The position numbers and the translations under genes are program-made. This document shows, piece by piece, positions 26,836-36,814 of a DNA stretch of 64,000 nt; within the stretch, counting starts at the first letter, position 1; each line of letters begins with the position of its first letter. The stretch is from NCBI GenBank assembly GCA_002269645.1, contig NIVC01000252.1:1-64000 (forward strand). The letters are read 5' to 3'. The notes beneath the pieces were generated by a model. The model searched no databases. It was not told the origin of the DNA and saw only the letters and a program-made list of their open reading frames with translations. The DNA comes from Macrostomum lignano. Lineage: Eukaryota.

Positions 26836-28000
26836 CTGTAAATCAAACCAGATAATATTGCATAAGATTAAGTTGACCCTCAAAAATTCTTTTTTGTATT
26901 TATTTAAATCGCTAAAAAAATCCTATATAGGTAACTTTTAGAAAGCGATGAAACATCCTTTATTTTATTTTTGAAACTGTATTATTTCTTAGAAACAAAA
27001 AGTCGGTACTGTTGTTGTATTTGAATTCAAACGGCTGTAATGGCACTGTCATGTTTATTAAAAACGTATTTTTTCTTTTAATTAAGATGATAATTTAAGC
27101 AATTTAAGTTGTTCATTCATTAATTATTTGTATTGCGATTCTGCTTTTTACGACAGTTAAAAAATGTGTTAAAAATTCCATCTTAGAAAATAATAAGTAT
27201 AATTTGGGTACATTAATATACAATTATCAATTGCAAACATGACGAAATTTTACTGCAAAAATGTATATTTGCAGCAAAGAAATTTTCTGATTTTTTCGAT
27301 ACTCCAACTTGTTGCATCTTTGAAATTGCTAAACCAGAAAATTTCTTTTGAAATATTACAATCATGTTTGTTTGTTTTACGTGTTAAAAAACTCTTACTT
27401 ACAATGTATTCGACTAATTAAATTTATTTACAGCTGTATAAATTCTCCCACGCATCATAAGGAAAGTAAAATGTGACGTTGGTGGTTCTTTTATTCTCCC
27501 AGTTCGTTGATTAATATCTACTAAAAAGTATTTAATATGTACTTTATTTATATCAATTGGTTTCACTTTTATGTTTATTGAAAATAGTAAGCAATGCTTT
27601 GTTTTACTGCATTAAATAGTTATATTTAACATTTTGAATTCTGTGGCTTCGGAGAAGACTGAGCGTGGTGTGCGGCTGCTGTTCCTATCGCCAGTCATTT
27701 GATTTTAGTAAACACTGATTGATTTTAGTAAACACTGAAAAAACAGTAGTTCAAGATCGCTCTCAATTTAGTAGTGTTACCCACTAAGGTCATCTTCGAA
27801 GCCATTCCATTGACACTGCAATTGTTCGTTACCAGTTAGCATCAGCAATAACCACTACATGTGTAACCTGCAAATATACATAATCCGTAATCGAATTATC
27901 GGCGCCGTCAGTTATCGTCACCACTAACTGTGTGTTTACTCACTACTTTAATAGCAGCCCGTCAGCACGCGAACTCGGACCAGATATCGTCACATAATTT

Positions 28001-28017
28001 TGGAGGTCCCACCGAGA
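28001..28017 (+). promoter_or_regulatory. Primer-binding site of element 1, complementary to the tRNA-Gln 3' end
   Basis: TGGAGGTCCCACCGAGA is the reverse complement of TCTCGGTGGGACCTCCA, the conserved 3' end of metazoan tRNA-Gln. It lies 6 nt after the LTR. Confidence 0.85.
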
Positions 28018-28763
28018 CGGGCTGCTACTTACCGTTCGGTTTGAACACCAAACAAGTCAACAACAAGCCCGGGCTATCCAGGCGGCAGCCAAGAAGTGAA
28101 TATTGGAATTGTCATAAAATTCTTATCGTGAGTCATAACCCTAGCCCAGCCAGCCAGCGTGTACAATTGCAACACAAGCCCAACCAAGCTGTACATTGCT
28201 TATCGCATTCTGTGGCTAATTGGCTACTCCGAGCGCCGCAAATAATTGTGCCCAACGGAATCAGTGCAATCTTAGTCAGCCTACACTGTCCTTTAACGCG
28301 AGTGGATCCAGTGCAAGCGCAGCCAACCCACCCCAAGGACAATTAATCTACGCGGCCTGCACTCTGCCTAGCTCAACAGTAATTGGCCACAGCTGCCAGC
28401 CTCGGCCTACACCAGTCCCAATTGACCCTTGGCGCGTCAACAGAGCTGCTTCTGCGTGTTAGCAACAGCTTGGAACGAACTGCTGGTTACGTCTAACTGG
28501 CCGGACAACTGCGACTACACACCAGCGGTCAGCCAATCTGTGTGCGTGTGGTGAGTCTGTTTGCCTGTTTAAAAATAGAGGTAGTCCCAGGTTGACGGGT
28601 TTAGATAGCGTTTGTGTCTGTGTCAGGGTTAGATTAGATCCCGCCAACTGCTGTCTGGGTTGCTTTCCCCTTTGCTTCTTTTCCTGCTTGCACCTGTTCG
28701 GTTGGTCGTCCCGATCATTGCTGGTGCAAAAAACTCGGCTTGGCGAGGTGATTAGGCTCTGGA

Positions 28764-31253
28764 ATGTCTAATAACGAGGATGGAGTGGTAGCCAATGTGG
28801 CTGGTCTTGAAGATGGTGGCTCTGTTAATAATGATGCTGGTGGAGCAAATGCTCAAGAATCTGAAAATGGAGCATCAGCTGCTGGTGGAGCTAATGCTCA
28901 TGAATCTGAAAATGGAGCATCAGCTGCTGTTGGTTCGGCTGAAGCAGCGTTGCTCCCCGCTACTATGCAGAATTTCTTAGAAAGCTTCTCCCAGGTATTG
29001 GCCAATAGCTTAAATCGTGCATCAAATCCAACGGCACCATCGACCTCACCAAGAGCGTCTGAGGGCAGTGGTAATGTCCGCCTCCGACCCCCACAACCCT
29101 ACATGCCGAAAATGAGATTCGACTTGTGGCAAACGCAATTTCGCACTTACGTGGAGGCGCACAAAATTCCCAAGGAGCAGCAGTCAGCCATTTTGCTGTC
29201 CCTTTTATCGCCTGAATGCCAGGAGTATTGCTTTCACAACCAGTTGCATAAGCAAGATGCTGAGGTCGCACTAAAAGCATTGGACCTGCGCTACACGGAT
29301 GTTTCGGAGAAGGACAAAAGTTATCTGGAACTAGCAAGTGCTCAGCAACATGATGCTGAAGATGTCCAAGAATACTTTGATCGACTAATAAGACTTTCAC
29401 ATGCTGCTAACTTGTCTCTCAAAGAGTCTGAGCCACTGGTCCGGGCCCGGTTCTGCCATGGGCTGCTAGATAGAAGCTTGGCCGAAAAGCTGCTGCTGGC
29501 CAGTCGGGAAGATCCTTCGCTATCCTCTGTTGACCTGGCCAAGAAGGCCAGGGAGATTACAGGTGTCCGACAGCTCTTGAACCCTGGGCAGTCGGCGCTG
29601 GCTAAAGTCCGTTCTGTGGGTCCAGACAAGACTGCGGAGCTTGAAGCAAGGGTTAAAGAACTGGAAAAACTACTGGTGGAGCAGTCTAACCAAACATCAG
29701 TCAGGGCGTCTCAAAATGAAGTGCCAGTGGTTAGCGGGGTAGGCAATCCAAAGCAGACTCGAGTTGCACAATCATCGCCGCCCCATCAATTGGCATATGG
29801 CAAGGGAGCTCAGTTTAGCAGCCGACCGCCTAGAGCATGCTATCGATGCGGGTTAACAGATCATCTGGTCGCAGATTGCCCTCATCCACCACCGCTAAAT
29901 CACAGGGGTCGCTCTGGAAGAGAGCCAGGGAAGCAAAGAGCTGAACTAGTGGAGACCGGGGTCATCACCCAGTGGTTTCAGTCACATGGGTTCATTCGGT
30001 CAGCGCTGATGGGAGACAATCTTTTTGTGCATGTCTCGCAGCTTGATCAAGAGCTTCGGGGCAGAGCGGCACCCCATCAAATTGTTGGTCTCCGGGTCAG
30101 GTTTCGTCGGGTGGCCGACAGTGCAAAACCTAGTGATCGGGCCTTAGACGTCTGCGAGTTGGCTTCGCCCCCGAATTGTGAGCAGTCCGCTGCGCAAGAC
30201 ACGGAGTTCCAGACCGATTCGAGTTATTTCGTGCAACTGGATGTCGGTGAGAGTCGAATCATTGCCTGCCTAGACTCTGGTGCCAACGCTAGTGTCATGG
30301 GAGTCCGAGTAAAGGATCAGCTAGTCGAGGCTGATCCCATTAACAACGTCTTCAAGCCGTCCACACAGCGACGCGCAGCTACCGCTTTCAATGGTACGTC
30401 AACTGAAATCTTAGGCACTTTGCGTTGCGAGGTTTCATTGGGAAAGCTGACCAGGACACAAGTCTTTTTAGTCATGGAAACAAGACTGTCTGATGTCTTG
30501 CTCGGTCTCGACTTTCTCAAGAGCTTCAGGGTCAACCTCTTAATTGCCGATGGTAAAGCTACAGTGGATGGAGAGGCCATTCCGATCATTGAGGGTGACA
30601 GTAGTCTCTACCGCGTCAGGCGGGTGACATCAGCGTGTGACCTAGAAATGGCCCCCCGATCGGAAGCTATTGTCCCAAGTCGTGTCGCTGAAGCGGTCCC
30701 AGGGGCTCAAGGAGTCCTTGGACCGCGCCTTTTCCGTGGAGATGGGGAATGTCTGGTGGCCAGGTCCCTAGACAGTGTTAGTACAGGCCGCCATGTCCTG
30801 GTCCGTTTGCTTAACAGTGAAGATCAGACAATATCAATAAAAAGGGGGCAAGAAGTGGCCTCTTTTCAGGATGTAGGCGCTGATGAGGTTGTCACTCACA
30901 CTCGGCTACATGAGCGTGATTTTTCGATCAATAACGCTGAAAGGTTGGGAAAACAGTTAGAAAAATTGCCTTACCCGGATAAAGCTACTGCAGAGTGGCT
31001 CAAAGGGGAGTTTCGCCTGGGAAAATCAAATCTGACAACCCAACAACTGACAACAACTATAAAGTTGCTAAATTTCTTCCATAATCAAATTTCAAAGTCC
31101 GACACCGATCTAGGAAAGACGTCGCTGACAGAGATGTCAATTGAGCTAAAAGACCAGACCTGTCGACCGTATTTCAGCCCTCTCGGAGGACCACACCGGC
31201 ACAGAAGGAGTTCCTGGACAAGCACATCTCCAAGTTGCTGGATTGTGGCGTAA
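28764..31253 (+). CDS. gag-pol: Element 1 Gag, CCHC knuckle, cold-shock domain, aspartic protease and spacer; reading frame shifts near 31173
   Basis: Gag (FDLWQTQF...DVQEYFDRL...RARFCHGL), CYRCGLTDHLVADC, ETGVITQWFQSHGFI...LFVHVSQL and protease LDSGAN...LLGLDFL. Confidence 0.95.
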   Translation: MSNNEDGVVANVAGLEDGGSVNNDAGGANAQESENGASAAGGANAHESENGASAAVGSAEAALLPATMQNFLESFSQVLANSLNRASNPTAPSTSPRASEGSGNVRLRPPQPYMPKMRFDLWQTQFRTYVEAHKIPKEQQSAILLSLLSPECQEYCFHNQLHKQDAEVALKALDLRYTDVSEKDKSYLELASAQQHDAEDVQEYFDRLIRLSHAANLSLKESEPLVRARFCHGLLDRSLAEKLLLASREDPSLSSVDLAKKAREITGVRQLLNPGQSALAKVRSVGPDKTAELEARVKELEKLLVEQSNQTSVRASQNEVPVVSGVGNPKQTRVAQSSPPHQLAYGKGAQFSSRPPRACYRCGLTDHLVADCPHPPPLNHRGRSGREPGKQRAELVETGVITQWFQSHGFIRSALMGDNLFVHVSQLDQELRGRAAPHQIVGLRVRFRRVADSAKPSDRALDVCELASPPNCEQSAAQDTEFQTDSSYFVQLDVGESRIIACLDSGANASVMGVRVKDQLVEADPINNVFKPSTQRRAATAFNGTSTEILGTLRCEVSLGKLTRTQVFLVMETRLSDVLLGLDFLKSFRVNLLIADGKATVDGEAIPIIEGDSSLYRVRRVTSACDLEMAPRSEAIVPSRVAEAVPGAQGVLGPRLFRGDGECLVARSLDSVSTGRHVLVRLLNSEDQTISIKRGQEVASFQDVGADEVVTHTRLHERDFSINNAERLGKQLEKLPYPDKATAEWLKGEFRLGKSNLTTQQLTTTIKLLNFFHNQISKSDTDLGKTSLTEMSIELKDQTCRPYFSPLGGPHRHRRSSWTSTSPSCWIVA

Positions 31254-33961
31254 TAGAAGAATGTGACTCCGAGTGGTCGTCCCCAATCGTGTTGGTGCGG
31301 AAAAAAGATGGGAGTCAAAGGCTTTGCGTTGATTATCGACAGACCAATAAAGTGATCAAACCTTGTAGCTTCCCGCTACCACTGGTTGACGAGTCGTTTG
31401 ACAGCTTGTCGGGGGCACAGGTCTTTTCCAGTCTTGACCTAACATCCGCCTACTGGCAAGTCGGGATCCGTGAGCAAGACAGGGACCTCACTGCTTTTTC
31501 TTGCCCACAAGGCACCTTCAGGTGGAAGGTCGTCCCGTTCGGCATCAAGACCGCCCCGGCAACTTTTGCGCGGTTGATGCACCGGGTCTTCCAACCCCTG
31601 CTGCTTAAGGTCAGCTTGATTTACTTGGATGACGTCATTGTGAAAGCAAGGGATAATGATCAGATGATTGTTAATTTAGCGCTAGTGCTGTGGAGGTTGC
31701 AAAAAGCAAATTTAAAAATCAAACCTAGTAAGTGTGAACTGTTTAAGGACAAAGTGCGGTTCCTCGGGTTCGTGGTATCCGGACAAGGCATAGAAGCTGA
31801 CCCAGAGAAAACCGATGCCGTTCGCGATTGGCCAACTCCGAGTAATCAGAAGCAGCTCTTGTCGTTCTTAGGCTTCTGTAATTATTACAGAAAATTTGTT
31901 CCCAGGTTCTCAGTGATAGCCGCACCGCTGTACAGCCTGGCAAGGGGGGCGGAGAAGTTTGCCTGGCAAGAAAAGCACCAAAAAGCATTCACTGAGCTGA
32001 AGTCAAGCCTCTGCTCACCTCCGGTCCTAGCCTACCCGGACTTTTCACCGAATGCCGGGTCATTTATCTTGGACTGCGACAGCTCCCTCGAGGGGGTTGG
32101 CGCTGTCTTGTCGCAACAAGGTGCTGATGGTCAGGAAAATGTGATCAGCTACGCTTCAAAAAAATTTACCGCCGCGCAGCGAAATTATTGTGCCACGATG
32201 AGAGAGCTCTTGGGCGTGGTGATCATGCTCGAGAACTTCAGAGTCTATTTGCTTGATCATCCCTTCATCGTGCGCACTGACGCGGCAGCGTTGAAGTGGT
32301 TGCACGCCAAGAGACATGCCACAGGCATGCTGGCCCAATGGTTGGCCACGATCGAAGCCTATGATTTCAAAATCGATCAAACACCTCTTGAGCGCCTGGG
32401 GGAATACGACTTTGAGGTCAAACACAGGGCTGGACAAGAACATTCAAATGCCGATTTTCTAAGCCGGAACCCAAAGTTCCGGGCGGATCATTACGACTGC
32501 CCAACATGCAGCCACATACCGGAGTTTAAGGAAAAATTCATTGGAAACGCCAAAAGTGCGTCTGTAGTCGTACGGGCGGCCAGAGGGAAAAAGATTCAGA
32601 CACGCACTGTTGCTATCCAGACGGAGAGCAATGAGAACTGCGATTTGACGCCCGACCACAAGGAGGCTGAGGCTCAGACCCCACAGCAGCTGGAAGCGCT
32701 CTCTGGGAATACTGATCAAAAGCAAACGGAAACTGAACTGCCAACGCCTGCTGAAACGCCGGCAATCCGAGCAGTGGGGCACCCTATTAGATCAGAGGCT
32801 GGAAGCAACTCCGAGTCTGATGAAGAGTGGTCAGATCAGCAAGAAGAAAACTGGGCTAGGCAAGCTCAGGAGTCCTCAATTGACATCATGAGGCTAGTAG
32901 AAGCTGTGAAGAATGAGCGAAAGCCAAGTAGCGAAGAGCTTCAGTCGTGCAGTCGTGAGGTCCGAATATTGTATTCAAATTTTGAGAGACTCACTCTAAA
33001 TGAGGGCCTGTTATACCTCCAGAAACCGTCCAAAAAGGGTAGGCCTTCTCGCTCTGTCTTAGTCGTTCCCGAGACGGCGAACGTCGATGAAGTCGTCTTG
33101 AATTATCACCAAGCTCTGAATCACAGTGGGGTAACAAAAACCACGAAAGCACTAAAGAACCGTTTCAAAATCACTGCGTTAACAACCCATGTCACAGGAA
33201 TAATCTCTGAATGTGAGACTTGTGCTCGAACTAAGAAAAACAAGAAGAAAAATAAGGAACCGATGCAGCCCACCCTTGCTGGCTATCCAGGCCAAGTGGT
33301 GCACGTGGACCATGCAGGCCCATTCTCAGAACAAGATGGCAACAGGTACCTGCTGGTTCTTATTGACCGCTTTACCAGCTGGGTCGAAATAATTCCGGTA
33401 CCAGATACAACTGCCGAAACCACCGCTCAAACAATCTTGACCGAATGGGTCGTCAGGTACGGGGCGATGGAAGCAATTGTGTCCGACAATGGCACAGCTT
33501 TCATCAATCATGTATTGGAGGAGCTGACTAGCCTCCTTGAAATCGGAAAAGTTCGGATCGTAGCTCGCCGTCCCCAAGCCAACGGCAAGGTTGAAAGGGC
33601 GATTCAGACAATAAAGAGCCAGATCCGCGCCGTGTGTCAGGACAGGGAGTGCAATTGGCCACTGGCGGCCCGCCTCGTTGGCATGTCAGTCAGAGCGTCG
33701 GAAGCTGAGTCCACCGGCTTTACGCCAGCGCGCCTATTCCTAGGGCGCGAGCTCGTATTCCCTCTAGACCTAATATATGGGTCTCCAGTGCAGGACCAGT
33801 TTCAGCCTAACAGGTTCGCCCATAAACTATATCACGAGCTTGTGTCCGTCTCGACCTTGGCCAGACAGATTCGCGGTAAAGCCCAACAGCGCCAGAAGCG
33901 CTACTACGATCGGGGCACCCACCATTCGGTATTCAAGAAGGTGAGCTTGTATGGGTCTTGA
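31235..33961 (+). CDS. pol: Element 1 Pol: RT, RNase H and integrase
   Basis: SPIVLVRKKDGSQRLCVDYR, LDLTSAYWQ, PFG, YLDD. RNase H DCDSS...ELL. Integrase HHCC (YHQALNHSG...CETC) and DDE (HVDHAGP, SDNG, NGKVER). Confidence 0.97.
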   Translation: MLDCGVIEECDSEWSSPIVLVRKKDGSQRLCVDYRQTNKVIKPCSFPLPLVDESFDSLSGAQVFSSLDLTSAYWQVGIREQDRDLTAFSCPQGTFRWKVVPFGIKTAPATFARLMHRVFQPLLLKVSLIYLDDVIVKARDNDQMIVNLALVLWRLQKANLKIKPSKCELFKDKVRFLGFVVSGQGIEADPEKTDAVRDWPTPSNQKQLLSFLGFCNYYRKFVPRFSVIAAPLYSLARGAEKFAWQEKHQKAFTELKSSLCSPPVLAYPDFSPNAGSFILDCDSSLEGVGAVLSQQGADGQENVISYASKKFTAAQRNYCATMRELLGVVIMLENFRVYLLDHPFIVRTDAAALKWLHAKRHATGMLAQWLATIEAYDFKIDQTPLERLGEYDFEVKHRAGQEHSNADFLSRNPKFRADHYDCPTCSHIPEFKEKFIGNAKSASVVVRAARGKKIQTRTVAIQTESNENCDLTPDHKEAEAQTPQQLEALSGNTDQKQTETELPTPAETPAIRAVGHPIRSEAGSNSESDEEWSDQQEENWARQAQESSIDIMRLVEAVKNERKPSSEELQSCSREVRILYSNFERLTLNEGLLYLQKPSKKGRPSRSVLVVPETANVDEVVLNYHQALNHSGVTKTTKALKNRFKITALTTHVTGIISECETCARTKKNKKKNKEPMQPTLAGYPGQVVHVDHAGPFSEQDGNRYLLVLIDRFTSWVEIIPVPDTTAETTAQTILTEWVVRYGAMEAIVSDNGTAFINHVLEELTSLLEIGKVRIVARRPQANGKVERAIQTIKSQIRAVCQDRECNWPLAARLVGMSVRASEAESTGFTPARLFLGRELVFPLDLIYGSPVQDQFQPNRFAHKLYHELVSVSTLARQIRGKAQQRQKRYYDRGTHHSVFKKVSLYGS

Positions 33962-34731
33962 ACCCGGACCACAAGGGTCTGGACACGGCGGTGTGGTTGG
34001 GGCCGTACAAGATCATTGAAAAGATCTCTGACAGAAACTACCGACTTGTCCCAGAGTCAGACACCGGGATGCCGAACCCAAGGCACAATGTTTACAACAT
34101 CGACAGGCTAAAAAGGTGTGTGAGAAAGCCCGCGTACATCGATTTGATCGACAAATTCGGACAGGCATCCGCACCGGGAGAGACTCGATCTTCAAATCCG
34201 GCTCAGCAGCCCTCGACTGACAGGTCCGTCTCCACAGTCTGCGTTCAGAGGCGTTCTCTAGATCGAGACTGGGAGGAGTCGGAGGAGGGAAGTTCGATTC
34301 CTGCTAGTAGCAGGCGGAACCCGGCATCGGAAGAGCCTCCTGCCCACAGTGCTCAAGGGGCCACGTCTGGAACGACCGCTAGTAGGGTTTCAGGGTCGGT
34401 AGCGGTGACAGTCGGTGGTGAAAGTCGACGAGAGCTATGTCAAGACACTGAGGAGGTCAAGCAGCAGGTCTCGAGGACCGATTCGAGCCACTCGCGGCCA
34501 GAGTCAGATCAGTTGCCAAGCGAGGAACTTGGTGACCTCAAGCTGGAGCCACAATCAGACAATTCTCCTGCCACTACAGTTACTGAGAGCGTCAGTTCTC
34601 AGACGTCTCAATCCGTTGCTGCGAGGCCGCCTATCACCACCAGGTCTGGTCGAGTTGTGCGCAGGCCGGCAAGGTTCTTGGCGGCTTTTATCGATCGGTG
34701 CTCCAGGAAGGGAAGCACTGGGTCGGGGTAG
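33958..34731 (+). CDS. Element 1 integrase C-terminus (GPY/F module) and low-complexity tail, after a second 1-nt frameshift
   Basis: WLGPYKIIEKISDRNYRL...YNIDRLK. The tail ends with the typical TTRSGRVVRRPARF motif. Confidence 0.9.
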   Translation: MNPDHKGLDTAVWLGPYKIIEKISDRNYRLVPESDTGMPNPRHNVYNIDRLKRCVRKPAYIDLIDKFGQASAPGETRSSNPAQQPSTDRSVSTVCVQRRSLDRDWEESEEGSSIPASSRRNPASEEPPAHSAQGATSGTTASRVSGSVAVTVGGESRRELCQDTEEVKQQVSRTDSSHSRPESDQLPSEELGDLKLEPQSDNSPATTVTESVSSQTSQSVAARPPITTRSGRVVRRPARFLAAFIDRCSRKGSTGSG

Positions 34732-34969
34732 TCCCTGCCCTTTCGGGGGGTGTAGTCTGCTGCCTGTGATGTGCTCCTCCGGGGTGGCTTCTGTTGCTTT
34801 GCACACCGGTGCCCTCCCGGTGTGGTTGCTCTTTGTTTTTTTCTGTGTTGCTGGCCGTTGTGGTGGGTTGCCGTGGTTATGTTTGGCTGTGTTGTGTGGT
34901 GCCTGGTGCCGTGCTGTGCGCTCCTCTGTGTGGCTGGTTATCTGTTGTTCCGTTGTCTGGTGTGGGTTT

Positions 34970-35270
34970 CTGCTGGCGGCAGTCGGCCGCTTCATCATCT
35001 GCTGGCGGCAGTCGGCCGCTTCATCAACTGCTGGCGGCAGTCGGCCGCTTCATCATCTGCTGGCGGCAGTCGGCCGCTTCATCAACTGCTGGCGGCAGTC
35101 GGCCGCTTCATCATCTGCTGGCGGCAGTCGGCCGCTTCATCAACTGCTGGCGGCAGTCGGCCGCTTCATCATCTGCTGGCGGCATCCGGCCGCTTCATCA
35201 TCTGCTGGCGGCAGCCGGCCGCTTCATCATCTGCTGGCGGCAGCCGGCCGCTTCATCAACTGCTGGCCGC
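34970..35270. repeat. 29-bp tandem repeat (~10 copies) in the 3' untranslated region of element 1
   Basis: ctgctggcggcagtcggccgcttcatca(t/a) units. Confidence 0.93.
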
Positions 35271-35652
35271 GCAGTGCAAGTTCTTGGCGCGGTGTTCGAG
35301 TCTGAGGCGTCTGCAGCACGGGTCCCGTCGATGCTGTCAGTAAATTTTGTCATAATTATCAATATTCAGTTGTTACTACTTATTCGTTATTAGGCTTCCT
35401 TGTTCGCGCGAATATCACATTTTACTCCTCTATCCAAATGCTAGCTGCGCATGCGTTTAAAAATCAATCAATCCTTGTTGCTGTTTCGTTGGAATGTTCA
35501 ATTTTACTCCATCGTTCTACTTTGCGAAATTATCTTCAATTGTTCAAAAAATTCGATTTTTGCAACGCGGCCCAATCGTACCAAATTCATTTTGAAAAAC
35601 AATGTTCGAAATCACTACTTAAAGTAGAAAGCGCTTCGTTTTTTGTTTTTTT

Positions 35653-35666
35653 GGGAGAGAGGCGAG
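35653..35666 (+). promoter_or_regulatory. Polypurine tract of element 1
   Basis: gggagagaggcgag immediately before the 3' LTR. Confidence 0.85.
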
Positions 35667-36814
35667 TGTGACGTTGGTGGTTCTTTTATTCTCCCAGTTC
35701 GTTGATTAATATCTACTAAAAAGTATTTAATATGTACTTTATTTATATCAATTGGTTTCACTTTTATGTTTATTGAAAATAGTAAGCAATGCTTTGTTTT
35801 ACTGCATTAAATAGTTATATTTAACATTTTGAATTCTGTGGCTTCGGAGAAGACTGAGCGTGGTGTGCGGCTGCTGTTCCTATCGCCAGTCATTTGATTT
35901 TAGTAAACACTGATTGATTTTAGTAAACACTGAAAAAACAGTAGTTCAAGATCGCTCTCAATTTAGTAGTGTTACCCACTAAGGTCATCTTCGAAGCCAT
36001 TCCATTGACACTGCAATTGTTCGTTACCAGTTAGCATCAGCAATAACCACTACATGTGTAACCTGCAAATATACATAATCCGTAATCGAATTATCGGCGC
36101 CGTCAGTTATCGTCACCACTAACTGTGTGTTTACTCACTACTTTAATAGCAGCCCGTCAGCACGCGAACTCGGACCAGATATCGTCACAAAAAGAAAAAC
36201 AAATATAAATACACGTGTAAATTAAAAATATTAACAATGAGTTCCGGTTATTCGTTTTTCGAAGCTTTATTTATAACAAAATATGGGTTTATCAGTAATT
36301 TAGCTTGCACCAAATGTAGAAATTATTGTCATATAATAGTTTTGATCAAAGTAAGTACTAAAATAGTATGATAACGCGACGACTTTTTATTAAAGATTAA
36401 CTTTAGTAGTTATAATTAAACATTATAATTATTAATCAGTTTTCTCATGGTCTTACTTGAGAATGAAAAAAAATGATCGAGATTTCTCTGCACCTTCTGA
36501 TTAGCCCACACATCCTCAGGGCTTTTCGATTGGCTTACCATGAGTATTAATAAAACCGGAGATTGCATCGCAGACTGAGCGCCCATATGATCGCCAATAG
36601 ATCAGCTTTGGCGGGGTCAGTTAGGATCCGAGCTGATGACTCACACGAAGTTTTAGGTGGGTAAGCAATCTTATGGTATTTTAGTTTGTTGATTTGCCAT
36701 AAACGGAAGAATTGTACTATAGAAATCGGCTGACTTTATTTTGCCTTTTTCTTTCAATTCATTAGGAATGTAATTAACGTTGAAAACTGAAGATCCTGGA
36801 TATAGGAAAGTTCG

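Larger units (their letters stand above)
27472..36189 (+). mobile_element. Ty3/gypsy LTR retrotransposon 1, full length, 8.7 kb
   Basis: 523-bp LTRs at 27472-27994 and 35667-36189 (TGTGACG...CGTCACA) appear identical by eye. 4-bp TSD aaaa. PBS, PPT and domain order gag-PR-RT-RH-IN. Confidence 0.98.

Noticed and set aside
27930-28647. ORFs in the leader of element 1
   Set aside because: Short, overlapping on both strands, spanning the LTR and PBS, with no motifs.
34415-35393. Cys-rich hydrophobic ORFs after pol as a possible env gene
   Set aside because: All three frames are open because of TG-rich sequence and a 29-bp repeat. No signal peptide, furin site or C-terminal anchor.
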